In this document: positions 26,501 to 36,521 of the stretch, piece after piece
Layout: the number at the start of each line of letters is the position of its first letter
Position numbering within the stretch: position 1 is the first letter of the stretch
Assembly (NCBI GenBank): GCA_903813345.2
Contig: CAIIXF020000001.1
Span: forward strand, 25,110,001-25,174,000
DNA from: Owenia fusiformis
Taxonomy: Eukaryota
Length of the DNA stretch: 64,000 nucleotides
Reading direction: 5' to 3'
Translations under genes and position numbers: made by a program
Notes under the pieces: generated by a model
Databases searched by the model: none
What the model saw: only the letters and a program-made list of their open reading frames with translations
What the model was told of the DNA's origin: nothing

Positions 26501-29352
26501 CTTGCTGATGCTTTTCTTGGCTTGGCAGTTTTTTTATGATGCCCTACTTTTGGCTTCATGCTTACTGATGATTTTCTTAGTTTGCCTGTTTTCTTATGAT
26601 GCAGTATCTTTATCTTAGATGCTTTTCTTGGCTTGACTGTTTTATGATTACCTATTTTTGGCTTAACTATTTTCTTATGATGCCCAATTTTTTTGCTTTT
26701 ATTCGCTGATGGTAATCTTCTACGCTTTGCAATTTTCTTATGATGCCCTATCTTTGTTCTCATGCTTGGTGATGATTGTCTTGTTTTAAACTTTTTCTTA
26801 AGATGCTTGATATTTGTTTGAATATTTGCTGATAATTTTCTTGGCTTTGCAGTTTTTTTACGATGCCCTACTCTTGCCTTGAAGTTTACTGAAGATTTTC
26901 TTGAATTAACCTTTTTCATCTTAGGATGTCCTATTTTTGTCCTAATGTTTGCTGGCCATTTCATTGGCTTAACTTTTTTCTCAGGATGCCTGATTTTTGT
27001 CTTAATCCTTGCTGATGATTTTCTTGGCTTGGGAATTTTCTTATGATGCCCTGCTCTTGTCTTAATGCTTTTTGATGATTTTTTTGTATTGGTAGTTTTC
27101 TTATGATGCCCTTCTCTTGTTTTAATGCTTGCTGATGATTTTCTTGGTTTGGAATTTTTCTTATGTCCTACTCTTGTTCTAATGTCTGCTATTGATTTTC
27201 TTGGCTTGCCATTTTTCTTATGATGTCCTACTCTTGTTTTAATGTGTGCTGATGATTTTCTTGGCTTGGCATTTTTCTTACGATGTCCTAATCTTGTCAT
27301 AATGCTTGCTGATGACTTTCTTGGCTTAACTCTTCTGTTATGATGCACAATTTCTGTGTTAATGTTTGCTGATGATTTCCGAGACACGGCCATGTTTTTA
27401 TCATACATGGGCTTAAGATTTTCCTTGTTATGAATTTTTCTAGGTTCTGGTTTTCCATTGTTTCTTCCTTGATAAGATTCTTTTTTACTCGATGTAGTCT
27501 CATGACTTTTGATCCTAGATGAAGCATGATTTGAAATGGGTTTATCTTCCTTATTTCTAGATGAAACATGACTCAAAGAGGGTCTTTCTTCTTTATTTCG
27601 AGATGTGGCATGACTCAGAGAGGGTCTTTTTTCTTTATTTCTAGATGTGGCATGACTCACAGGGGGTTTGTCTTCTTTATTTCTAGATGTGGCATGACTC
27701 ACAGGGGGTTTGTCTTCTTTATTTCTAGATGTGGCATAACTCAGAGAGGGTCTTTTTTCTTTATTTCTAGATGTGGCATGACTCACAGGGGGTTTGTCTT
27801 CTTTATTTCTAGATGTGGCATGACTCACAGGGGGTTTGTCTTCTTTATTTCTAGATGTGGCATGACTCAGAGAGGGTCTTTTTTCTTTATTTCTAGATGT
27901 GGCATGACTCACAGGGGGTTTGTCTTCTTTATTTCGAGATGTGGCATGACTCAGAGAGGGTGTACCTTCTTTGTTTTTTGAAGTGGCATGACTCACAGGT
28001 CTATTTTCTTTTTTTCCTGATGTGGCATGAGTTGAGAAGGGCCTGTCCTCTTTGTTTCTAGTTGTGGCATGACTCAAAGAGGGTCTAAGATCTTCACTCC
28101 TCGGTGAGGCAAGGCTTGAAGAAGGATTACTCAAGGTGAGAAGCAGAAGAACAACAAGTACACCTGCAAATACAAAATTAACAATATTTACCAAGATGCC
28201 AGTAGGAAGTTACCAGTTTCACCACCAGGGGCTCTTTTTTGTACCGTAAGAAGTTACAAAGGTTTATTAGCCTATTGTTTAATTCGCGAATTTCATAAAG
28301 TTGCATTTTTGTCAGATTCGTAAAGTTACAAACAAAATTACGAAACTACTGTAGTGACATTATGCTTGCTTTCGTTTGCAGATTTAACAGCACCTCTGAC
28401 CCTTTCGTAACTTTGCTAATGGCTTCTTATTTATTCATTTATATTATGATTTGTGATGTTTTGTCATTCTAAATCAGAAAACACAAAGGGCAACACCGTG
28501 GTCAACTTATTATCAACCTATTTCTATATTTTTTTAGTATGTTTCATGAAACGGTGGAATATGACGTCAACCCATTCATAAATCTAGCTCTAAACAATTG
28601 AAAAATTATGAATAACTTATGGAAGCGTACAAAAAATGATCCATTCACAACTTTACGAATTTGTAACTATTTAAATATTTACCAAGTGCCAACATTTGTT
28701 ATTACGAACGGTGCAAAAACGGACTCTAGGCTGTAGGTGGCTAATTTGGGTCAGATAACATGGCAGAGTATTAGAAAGTTCCCTTAAACTTGAATATGTT
28801 CATCAGCTAGTGAATAATTTTTCATTTTACCCTTATCTTACCCTTATCCCATTAGGGAGCCCAAAAATACTTTTGAAATCTATTTTCACTGGGAAAAATC
28901 TTGTGCTCTTTTTGGAACCTCTGTATATGGGTAGGTTCAACTGTTTATAATAAAGCCTCTGGCAGTAATGAGTAACCAGGGAGATGTATGTAAAAGGCCG
29001 ACGAGTCAATCTCTACACTTGGGTCCAAAATCCAAAGTCGGTGCTTGGAGGTCAGTGGTCTGATGGTCTATGGACCGAAGTTCGACCTGTCTCTTGACCA
29101 AAAGTCTGCCATTATTACTTTATATGGCAAATCATCAAGGCAACGATCACGATGTCATATATTGTGATGAAGATATGACGTAATATCACATAAACTACAT
29201 GTATGACATCAGTCACATATTGCCCTATCAACTAAACAAACAACAGAGCGAAACGTCACATATCACTGTTGAATATATTTTAATTTGTGACATCATTAAC
29301 ATTTTACCTCACCAACAGTAGTTTGTTCATGTCTTTCTCTGGTATTGGACAT
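7994..29352 (-). CDS. ZPBP: Multi-exon ZPBP/Sp38-like type I membrane protein (~1905 aa) with polybasic repeat pro-region, Ig domain, Sp38-like domain, Cys-rich repeat, TM helix and WH2-like tail
   Basis: Phase-consistent GT-AG exons (minus strand): 29352-29313 (tentative start), 28163-24957, 24573-24277, 22808-22712, 22421-22342, 21815-21519, 21279-21028, 18116-17944 (alternative donor 17935), 17543-17418, 17046-16914, 16324-16142, 11310-11187, 9002-8888, 8587-7994; total 5718 nt, open throughout. The Ig motif LKISDAQAKDSGLYTC is followed by YHIPKFSYKISLKYSANEC...ECHFTK...LKYELWVSF...CEPAC...CPPGFG...CETCVPGEYS, matching the recalled vertebrate ZPBP pattern (YREPxYxYxFxARYxAAPC...ECHRVK...LQNELFFAF...CFPGYG...CVICSPGSY). 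The symbol means 'ZPBP-like'; orthology is untested. Confidence 0.8.
9040..10390. repeat. Intronic 24-bp minisatellite (approx. AACCAACATAAACACATCACAACC) with a 96-bp higher-order block
   Basis: A/C-rich unit repeated dozens of times; 9070-9520 repeats as a 4x24 = 96-bp unit; the array degenerates toward 10390. Confidence 0.9.
10503..11040. mobile_element. HINE/DINE-1-like non-autonomous element with internal ~125-140-bp tandem units
   Basis: Starts AAACAAGGCATTAACATG; 11-bp subterminal inverted repeat ATGTCACCACC (10526-10536) / GGTGGTGACAT (11027-11037); about 3 internal units containing TTTGACCTT...GAAGG, also present at ~23260-23410. Confidence 0.6.
11187..11310 (-). CDS. Transmembrane exon of ZPBP-like gene
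   Basis: ttttcag|AC acceptor and TG|GTAAGT donor; encodes ...ETAVPISICAVVAIILFGCGLCW, continuing into CCGTKSKAK in the next exon (Cys cluster plus basic stop-transfer). Confidence 0.8.
15376..15530. repeat. Short interspersed repeat (internally deleted HINE-like element), copy 1
   Basis: AACAAGGCATTACCATGCAAAA...CCTGCCATTTGTTACAGACA...GGCGACATAATAA; similar to 15965-16127 and to the ends of 10503-11040. Confidence 0.6.
15965..16127. repeat. Short interspersed repeat (internally deleted HINE-like element), copy 2
   Basis: AACAAGACATTAACATGCAAAA...CCTGCCATTTGTTACAGACA...GGTGACATAATAA; lies about 15 bp from the 16142 splice donor. Confidence 0.6.
16142..18116 (-). CDS. Four exons encoding the Sp38-like domain and a GCC2/GCC3 (ephrin-receptor-like) Cys-rich repeat
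   Basis: Exons 18116-17944, 17543-17418, 17046-16914, 16324-16142; CVPGEYSGAKDKGCIKCNPGTYQPSHSMTKCFDCPPKTNTTKSGSRTKGDC matches the C-x-x-G-T-Y-Q...C-x-x-C-P...T...G-S...C consensus. Confidence 0.82.
18792..20171 (+). CDS. GAL3ST: Galactose-3-O-sulfotransferase (GAL3ST / cerebroside sulfotransferase family), single coding exon, nested antisense in an intron of the ZPBP-like gene
   Basis: 459 aa from ATG 18792; N-terminal signal anchor (type II Golgi topology); PAPS-binding FLKTHKTASST and ILRNPVDVFESTY; family motifs FDLVLIAEYFEESLILLK and WNKGDEMLYNHFNQSFW. AATAAA near 20335. The paralogue number cannot be assigned. Confidence 0.93.
   Translation: MQSKIWKTLLIASLTYGTFQIAMMVFYTQSDFHTISSLQGKHYENDQNIEDEMESTRYISTMQIAPPWHHQNMAEGFDNLREAKHASEELNVRRQHYQIGNVTVTEGTKLIIPKSNVLFLKTHKTASSTLQNILMRYGDNNNLTFAIHQKSHVIKPAQPFKREYVMPAKGDYNILCHHARYSTEMSKILPKNTPFVTILRNPVDVFESTYTYFNITARCFGIMQQNGVELLAQNTMDLDVRKFHCFKRNMMLSDLGHKKEDDDDIANITKKIKEIDDNFDLVLIAEYFEESLILLKQLLGWPLENLVYFRQNSRQNFQRGKLSPSTREWVRKWNKGDEMLYNHFNQSFWKRLHSYGYDQMQDEVFQLRRLCNTWHTYCVKEVTSAIKMTDLKFKPISAPLSILGYTLSDDGMRNKTCRQLATPEIPYTNYIRQKLLYKGILHQSGIDQKDMEIPFIRRK
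21028..21279 (-). CDS. Ig (I-set-like) domain exon of ZPBP-like gene
   Basis: Phase 1-1 exon; LLSC...VTW...LKISDAQAKDSGLYTC. Confidence 0.9.
22993..24020. mobile_element. HINE/DINE-1-like (non-autonomous Helentron-type) element
   Basis: TGACCTTTGACCTTG core, (GGAC)n microsatellite at 23926-23982, terminal hairpin GGCTCAC-TGT-GTGAGCC (23999-24015) followed by an A-run. The left boundary is approximate. Confidence 0.65.
24957..28163 (-). CDS. 3.2-kb exon: signal-peptide core followed by Lys/His/Arg/Ser-rich tandem repeats
   Basis: tttgcag|GT acceptor and G|GTTAGT donor; hydrophobic VLVVLLLLTLS, about 13 copies of 14-aa SHATSRNKE(D/K)(K/R)P(P/S)(V/L) (42 bp), about 25 copies of 20-aa KPRKSSASMKPKVGHHKKTA (60 bp), then a non-repetitive, likely helical region. 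Confidence 0.85.
28228..28728. mobile_element. Degenerate MITE-like element
   Basis: Imperfect inverted ends (TTTTGTACCGT..GTTACAAA / TTTGTTATTACGAACGGTGCAAAAA) and internal TTCGTAA/TTACGAA motifs; related sequence at ~45280-45360. Confidence 0.4.
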
Positions 29353-29478
29353 GGATCAGTTTTGACAAAATAGCATTATGGCCTTCGTATTTTTCTAGTG
29401 TCATTTTTCACTGGATTATCTTGTTCTTGCACCCCATTTCATTAATTTAGCATATGGTGTTGACTGTTTTGAGCCACT

Positions 29479-31450
29479 CAGGCCCGTCAGATGGGGGGGG
29501 GTGCGATGGGGGTGCGATGGGTGCATCATCTCATACACTTTTAAAGTGCCCAGAAAGCATCAAATAGCATCTTAAAATTGTAAAATTTTCTAGAGGGAGT
29601 GGGCCACCCCTCACAGCCCCCTCAATACAATGGAAAAGTTCTGAATTTATTTTATGTATTGTCTCAGACACTTTTAAGTGCCCAAGTGCCCGCACATCAT
29701 CACATGGCTCCTTGACATAGTCAATGTTTCTGGGGGACTAACACTTGCTCCTCTTCGGGATCCTCACCCACCCCCTCTGGCACTCTCAAATTTTTAACTG
29801 ACTCGTACACTTTGAAAGTGCCCAGAAAGCACTAAATAGCGTTTTAAAATTGTAAAAATTTTCTAGGGGGAGTGAGCCACCCCTCACATCCCAAAAAAAC
29901 AATTGAAAAGTTCTGAATTTATTTTATGTATCATCTCAGACACATGTAAAGTGCCCAGACATCATCAAATAGCTCCTTGATATAGTCAATGATTCTGGGA
30001 GACTAACACTTACTCGCCCTCTTGCATCCCCACCCCACCTCCCCTTCTGGCACCCCCTTACCCCCTTAAATCCCCCAAAATATTTTTTATCGAGTCATAC
30101 ACTTCGAAAGTGCCCAGAAAGCTCCAAATAGCATCTTAAAGTTGTAAAATTTTCCAGGGAAGTAGGCCACCCCTCACATCCCCCATAAAACAATTGACAA
30201 AAATTCTGAATTTATTTCATGCATTGTCTCAGACACTTCTGAAGTGTCAAGACTTCATCAAATACATGTAGCACCTTGATATGGTCAATGTTTCTGGGGG
30301 CAGATATGGGGAACAAACACTTGCTCCCCCTCTGGCATCCTAATCCCACCTCCCCCTCTGGCATCCCCCTTTGACACCCCCAAAAATTGAAAAATATGAA
30401 ATTTTTTTCAATTTTTTTCGATTGACTCATACACTTTAAAAGTGCCCAGAAGCACCAAATATCATCTTAAAATTGCAAAATTTTCTGGAAGAGTTGTCCA
30501 CCCCTCACATCCCCCACAAAACAATTGGGAAAATTCTGAATTTCATGATTTGTCTCAGACATTTTTAAAGTGCCCAGACATCATCAAATGGCACCTTGAT
30601 ATGGTCATTGTTTCCACCCCACTTCACCCTCACATTCTATTTGACATCCCCAAAAAGAATTTGAAAAAAATTCACTTTTTACTGACTCATTCACTTTAAA
30701 AGTGCCCAGAAAGCAGCAAATGGCATCTCAAAAGTATAAAATGTTCTAGGGGGATTGGGTCACTCCTCACAAGTTTGGAAGTTGCATTTGTTAATTTTAA
30801 ACACTTTAAAAGTGCCTAGAAGTCACCAAGTGACATAATGAAATCATAAAAACATAAAAATTTCTGGCAGCCCACCCCAAAAACTAAAGCATTCATTTAC
30901 TCAAACACATTAAAAGTGCTCAGAATTAACCAGACAGCATCTTGAATTAGTAAAATTTTCCTTGCTGCCCCCCTAAGAAGAAAATGATTGAAAAAATCTG
31001 AATTTCTTATAAATAGATTCTATTTCAATTAAAACACCGTGAAAGGGTCCAGAAATCACTAAATGTGATCTTGAACTGGTAAAAGTTCTCGGGCTCTAGT
31101 ACACCCATCCCCTATTTCAGTGTTTCTCCAAATTTCTCATACAATATTGAGTCTAAAAACAATACGAAAACAATAAAAAACTACAAAATATAGGGAGTAA
31201 CTGACCCCCCCCCCTCCCCTTTGACTTACGCAATTTGATTTACGCGGCAAAAAATTGACAATTTCTCCAAATTTCTCATACAATATTTAGTCTAAAGACA
31301 ATACGAAAACAATAAAATACTACAAAATATAGGAAGTAACCGACCCCCCCCCCCCTTTGACTTATGCAATTTGATTTACGCGGCAAAAAACTGACAATTT
31401 TATTTTCTCTTTAGTTAAAACCGCACCCCCTTGGAGAAAAGGCCACTGCC
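29479..31450. repeat. Repeat element carrying a ~290-330-bp tandem array and a ~137-bp duplication
   Basis: Units beginning CATACACTTT(T/G)AAAGTGCCCAGAAAGC near 29532, 29805, 30096, 30428 and 30688, then decaying; 31124-31261 duplicated at 31262-31400; G-rich left end (GGGGGTGCG) and CGCACCCCC right end suggest a DNA transposon derivative. Confidence 0.7.
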
Positions 31451-31588
31451 CTAGTAATATAATAATATCATCTACATCTTTCATTCTTGCACAAAAGATG
31501 CCAATGTACCTAGAGTTGAGGTTACTTAGTTTGCACAAAGCTATCTCTCTCTCTAAAAGATGGCTATGCAAATACAGTATAGTAAAGT

Positions 31589-32171
31589 CCCGGGGGGTTC
31601 ACTATATATAAACCTTGACGGGGATCCTCGGCGCATGTGGGGTACCTTTTTCAACGTTTGGTATGGTACGTTTGGTATGGCAATGGACCCATATTTTAGG
31701 ATTTGGTATGGGAATGCCCAGAAATTTCTGATTTCTGAGGTATGGCAATGGTTTGACTTTTGCTCTTCTGGTATGTGAATGGTCGTTGTAGATACGTTAC
31801 CTAACATTCGTGATATGGCATTGGTCCTGTATTTGCACATTTGTATGACATTGATCCTATATTTCATTTACTTTGAATTAAGGTATGGCATTGGTCCCAT
31901 ATTTGGACATTTGGTATGGCATTGGTCCTACATTTTGACATTTGGTATGACATTGGTCCCATAATTGGACATTTGGTATGGCATTGGTCCTATATTTGGA
32001 CATTTGGTATGGAATTGGTCCTATATTTGGACATTTGGTATGGCCTTTGGGCGTTATTTTGGTTGGTATGGGAACATATTGAAATTTGACAGATTGGTAT
32101 GGGAACATATTGATATTTGAGGCTTCAGCCTAGGACCCCCGTCGAGTTTTATATACAGTGAACCCCCCGGG
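31589..32171. mobile_element. MITE with CCCGGGGGG termini, 8-bp TSD and internal 30-bp tandem repeat
   Basis: TIR CCCGGGGGGTTCACT(A/G)TATATAAA / TTTATATACAGTGAACCCCCCGGG; TSD AGTAAAGT at 31581-31588 and 32172-32179; internal (GGTATGGCATTGGTCCCATATTTGGACATT)n. Confidence 0.88.
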
Positions 32172-33095
32172 AGTAAAGTTGAGGGTTGATACAGTAATTC
32201 TTCAGAATGAACATGGGCTATAACTCTGGCCTTAACTTAGTCTATAGTTTTCAGAAAGTTTTGGCCTACATTTTGACTTCGTTTGATCTAGACACCCGGG
32301 GCTCTCCATCTACATCGGCCATCTCCTCAGTTTTCAAAAATGCAGGCCCAGTTGCCAAATGCAAAATGGAAAGATTTCAATGCAGTGGGTGGCTGCCGAT
32401 GATGCAGTACTGTACTGTCTGTACTAAAGATTTTCTCCCGGGACAGATTTTTTAGACCCAGTGCCAAAAATTCGCGGGATTTTGCGGGACATCTACTAAA
32501 TTCGCGGGATTTCGCGGGACATTAAAGGGATTTGCATGATTGCGCTAATAGGCCAAATTCAGGTCAAATTCCTAATCGCGGGACAGTTAACAGGTTTACC
32601 ACCAAAAACTTCATAGAGGGACAGATTTTTTAGACAAAGTGCCCTAAATTTGCAGGATGTCCCGGGACATTCAAGGGATTTGCGTGATTGGGACTAATGT
32701 AAAAGCGTGTAAAAGCTAATCAAACTTCTAGATACTGATTAATCAAATAAAATGCACCGTTGCATTGTAACTTAAATAAACGTCAACACAATTTCACAAA
32801 ATACGCATAGGAATATTATTAAACTTTATTGTAATTTATCAAAAACAAAAACGCCATGCTTCAGGTGTGAGTACCGTAATCTAACACGAAATTCAAAACT
32901 TCGGAACAATACTTTGCACTTAGGCTATGGCGTTCGTGACCAACTATGAAACGCTTACCCCCATAATGTTATATATTAAAATGTACCTATTCAATAGACC
33001 TATACTGTAGGCATGGGCTTTCAATTGAAAGCCCATGATATAGGGGTTCGATTAATCTACATCAAATTATAGGAAATGAGGTTACTTTTCTAGAT

Positions 33096-35180
33096 AGGGT
33101 TTGTAGAAAAAACCGGGTACCGGGTAGTAAATCCTCCATGCTGGGTTCAAACTTGGTACCCGGTCGAAAAAAACGAGTACCCAAAAAACGAAATATACGA
33201 ATATACAACATAATTAGATCATTAGAAAACGTGTAAGATTTGTTTTGAATTTACAAAAATGTATGTAACTTCCTTCAAAATTGAGCTAGAAGCTTCAAAT
33301 AAAAAGCATTTTAAGGCTGGCTCTTTTCTTCCTCTATCATCATGGTCATATTTCCATTGGTAATGAAGGGAGGGGGATGCGATCGCACCCCCTCCTGGCT
33401 ACGGCAATGACATTGTAAGACGATTTGAAAAACAAGATAAATCTTACTCTATTTTCAATAGTTCGTATGTTGGTACGTGAATTGTTTTGATTATGATTTA
33501 AATCTGTAAAAAGCTATCGTTGCTTTAGCAGAGAGGTGACGTGTGTTAATTTACATGATGCATCGTGTAAGAATTTGATTATTAATCATAATTTAAGTTA
33601 TTCCAAAAAATGTCCACTGAATTGTAAATTGTTATGTCTTACAATGTCATAGGCGTAGCCAGGAGAGGGTGCGTTTTCTCATAATCTAATTATGTTATAT
33701 ACAGTAAAACCTGTCTAATCCGAACACCCACGGGACCAGCCAAAAGCGTTCAAATTGGCAGGTGTTCAAATTTCGAGGATTTTGTTGGTCGGGGGGGGGG
33801 GGGATTTTCATTGTTCAGTCCACTATATTGAACACTTAATACTAAGTCAGAAAACAATAAATGTTGTTGATGAGTTAATTCTACAATAGTCATATAGCCT
33901 ATATGCTATGTTTTATTTATATTTTGAACATTATCATCGTTTTAGTAAAAATAACTCTTATGTTTTGGCAAAAACTTTGTAATACACTGTAAAAGTATAT
34001 GATAGTCTCTTATGAAATCTTATGCTTATCAAATGACTTATCCAATATTATGGTAATATAGCAGTGCTTTACTTTTGCTTGGAAAAGTCCTTCATTGTTG
34101 TTTGTTTCTTGGCACTTTTAGCATTAGCAATATTTGAGTAGATATCCTCTTCAAGTAAAAAGAATTTTTCATGAGTGTTCATTCGAGATGATGTATAATC
34201 CTTCAAAATATCAAGGGCATTCAGGATGTCAGATGTATGCCTTTTAGGAGACATTTTAGTGATAGGATATTACAAAGTTGAATTTTTTTCTCTTTCTTGT
34301 GATATAATCTTGTCTGCAAATGTTGTCTGTGTTGTCCTTGTGATTATAAAACATTTGCTGATTGAATCTTAGCTATCATAACAGACCCATGGGATATAAA
34401 ACAGTTAAGACCTGTTCATAATCCAAATCAAAAACATCCAGTTAATTTACAATAAGGATAAACCAATTATCTCCCAGATTCTCACCTTTCTCTTAATCCA
34501 AATCAAAAACATTCAGTTCTTTTCTAAATCTTGTCTGCAAATGTCGTCTATGTTGTCCTTGTGATTATAAATCATTTGCTGATTGAATCTTAGCTATCAT
34601 AACAGACCCATGGGATATAAAACAGTCAAGACCTGTTCATAATCCAAATCAAAAACATCCAGTTAATTTACAATAAGGATTTACCAATTAACTCCTGTAT
34701 TCACACCTTTCCAAAAAATCCTGTTGTTTTCCACAAATTAGGGATGTCACTGAGACTAAATAAGTTAGTTAGGACAATATTGGTCCTTTGATTACATTGT
34801 ATATGTAAAGATAAATAACAACTATAACATTGACTCAATATTTGGCTATAATTGAAATGTCCAGACATTTGATTTCTGATAAAAATGTTCAGATTAGACA
34901 GGTCACTTTTTCAAATCTGGTTGTTCACTGTTCAAATTAGGAGGTGTTCAGATTTCAAGTTTTTTTTAACATGGGAGTCAATGGGAGGAAAAAATGGGAC
35001 CGAAAAAAAGTGTTCAAATTGGAAGGTGTTCGGATTAGCCAGGTGTTCAGATATACAGGTTTTACTGTATTCGTATTTTTCATTTTTGGGTACCCGTTTT
35101 TTTGACCGGGTACCGGGTACCAAGTTTGAACCCAGCATGGAGGATTTACTACCCGGTACCCGTTTTTCTCTACAAACCCT
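33096..35180. mobile_element. hAT-type non-autonomous element with long (~140-bp) TIRs
   Basis: AGGGTTTGTAGA...GGTACCGGGTAGTAAATCCTCCATGCTGGGTTCAAACTTGGTACCCGG mirrored at 35070-35180; 8-bp TSD TTCTAGAT at 33088-33095 and 35181-35188 (NTCTAGAN target typical of hAT/Charlie). Confidence 0.85.
33702..35067 (-). mobile_element. Tigger/pogo-like deletion derivative inserted in the hAT TIR
   Basis: TA-flanked TIRs CAGTAAAACCTGT / ACAGGTTTTACTG; C-terminal transposase-like remnant at 34069-34254 ending KKQTTMKDFSKQK; internal ~220-bp tandem duplication (about 34308-34710). Confidence 0.82.
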
Positions 35181-36294
35181 TTCTAGATATCAGCGTCCAT
35201 TTATTGTAACTCGCGTTTGCTAACATTTGCTCAGTTCTGAGATGAAGGCCACGCGAGTAGTAAAAAGGCCAACGTTGGATTTATTTGTGACCTACATCCC
35301 TATTTTCGTAATTAAAATGAAATTTGAACCCTTCCTCTTTATTTTGATACCAAACAACAGCATGCTAGGTACTTGAAATTAGCTAAACTTTACTCCTCAA
35401 AAGTGCAAAAACTTAGCTTCTTATATAAGACAAGATAATCACAATATAGGAGATTGCAACAATTTCGGAAATTCGCGGAGGTCAAAGCCACATTTGCGGG
35501 ACTTCGCGGGACATTGCGGGACACGCGCTAATTTTGATCAAATTCGCGGGATAATCCCGCCATTCGCGGGACACTTGACAGCTCTGGATGATGTTTGATT
35601 TGCCCCATAAAAGTTTGGCTTACAGTACAGGGTAAGATAATTAGACTACTGTAGTACATTTAGATCTAGTAGACTAAGCTTACAGTGACACGACGTCTTA
35701 CGTTCATAGAATAAAAAAGAAAAAGGCTGGGCGATATTAGAGGATTCCTCGAGTTGAGTGAACTTGTGAATGACTGCCTAAGTTTCATACAACCCGTTTC
35801 ACAGATGAGTTAATGAATATGTACAATATAGAATGAACAATGATATATATATATGAATAAACTCACCAGAGCATGAGACTGAATAATTCTGGCTTTTTTC
35901 AATATTTCCTCTCTAAAAAAGTTTATATTCCCGTGATGCACTGGACCTACCGTGATGCAACTTCAAAACTTTTATGCGGGAAAATGAAAGTATAAGGCGT
36001 GTACATTTCCAACTGTTTAGCTACAGAACAGCGTGGATGCCCGGCCTGGATGGAAACTGTGGTAGCCTACGAAGGTCTAGGCTACACAATCAGCCCTGCG
36101 GCTCGGTGCTCTTGCTAAATTATGATACGCCTTTACTAGATCTCTAAATTCGAATTCACAGACGAAAAATAGATTAAAGTCTCAATTTACCCGTTCTTTC
36201 AAATCCACACATAGTTATTGAGCATGTTTTACCCAATTATGCTTTATTTCGTTCGATTCATGCGTGTGTCATCCAAATAGAAACGTCAGTCGAA

Positions 36295-36405
36295 CAGCCG
36301 GCCATTTTGAAAGTTACTGATTTATTATTGAAATGACGTCATACATTCTATGCATAGCAAACACCAATGACGTCACACGCAAATCTACAGCTGTCATGGC
36401 GGACA
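36295..36405. promoter_or_regulatory. Putative bidirectional promoter
   Basis: CGGCCATTTT (YY1-type, minus orientation, 36299-36308), TGACGTCA twice (36334-36341, 36368-36375), CCAAT (36364), ATGGCGG (YY1-type, plus orientation, 36396-36402); lies between a minus-strand donor at 35866 and a plus-strand ATG at 36522. Confidence 0.6.
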
Positions 36406-36521
36406 ATCATTCACAGAAAATTTAGTTTATATTTGTAGGCCTATAAGTTGCTGATAATTTAAAAAATGGTATCACTAAATTCACTTTTGACATCGTAAGT
36501 TGTCATTTAATGACATAAAGC

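Larger units (their letters stand above)
32430..35586. mobile_element. Outer, partial hAT-like element hosting nested insertions
   Basis: Clusters of TTCGCGGGA(C/T) motifs at 32430-32700 and 35470-35575; right end GGGACACTTGACAGCTCTG resembles a CAGAGCTG-type hAT terminus. The left terminus was not identified. Confidence 0.5.

Noticed and set aside
26040-26580. CRISPR-like regular array (also 31880-32050)
   Set aside because: Contiguous tandem repeats with no unique spacers, eukaryotic context, and no cas genes.
25518-27981. Overlapping antisense and alternative-frame ORFs (e.g. 26022-26618, 27568-27981)
   Set aside because: Shadows of the in-frame 60-bp and 42-bp coding repeats.
24952-28194. 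Stand-alone histone H1 / protamine-like gene
   Set aside because: No winged-helix globular domain, no in-frame ATG at the ORF start, a hydrophobic signal-like segment, and good splice sites linking it in phase to downstream extracellular exons.
35205-35280. Penelope-type hammerhead (CTGAGATGAAGGCC...GGCCAACG)
   Set aside because: The core deviates from CUGAUGA and lacks GAAA; at most a decayed relic.
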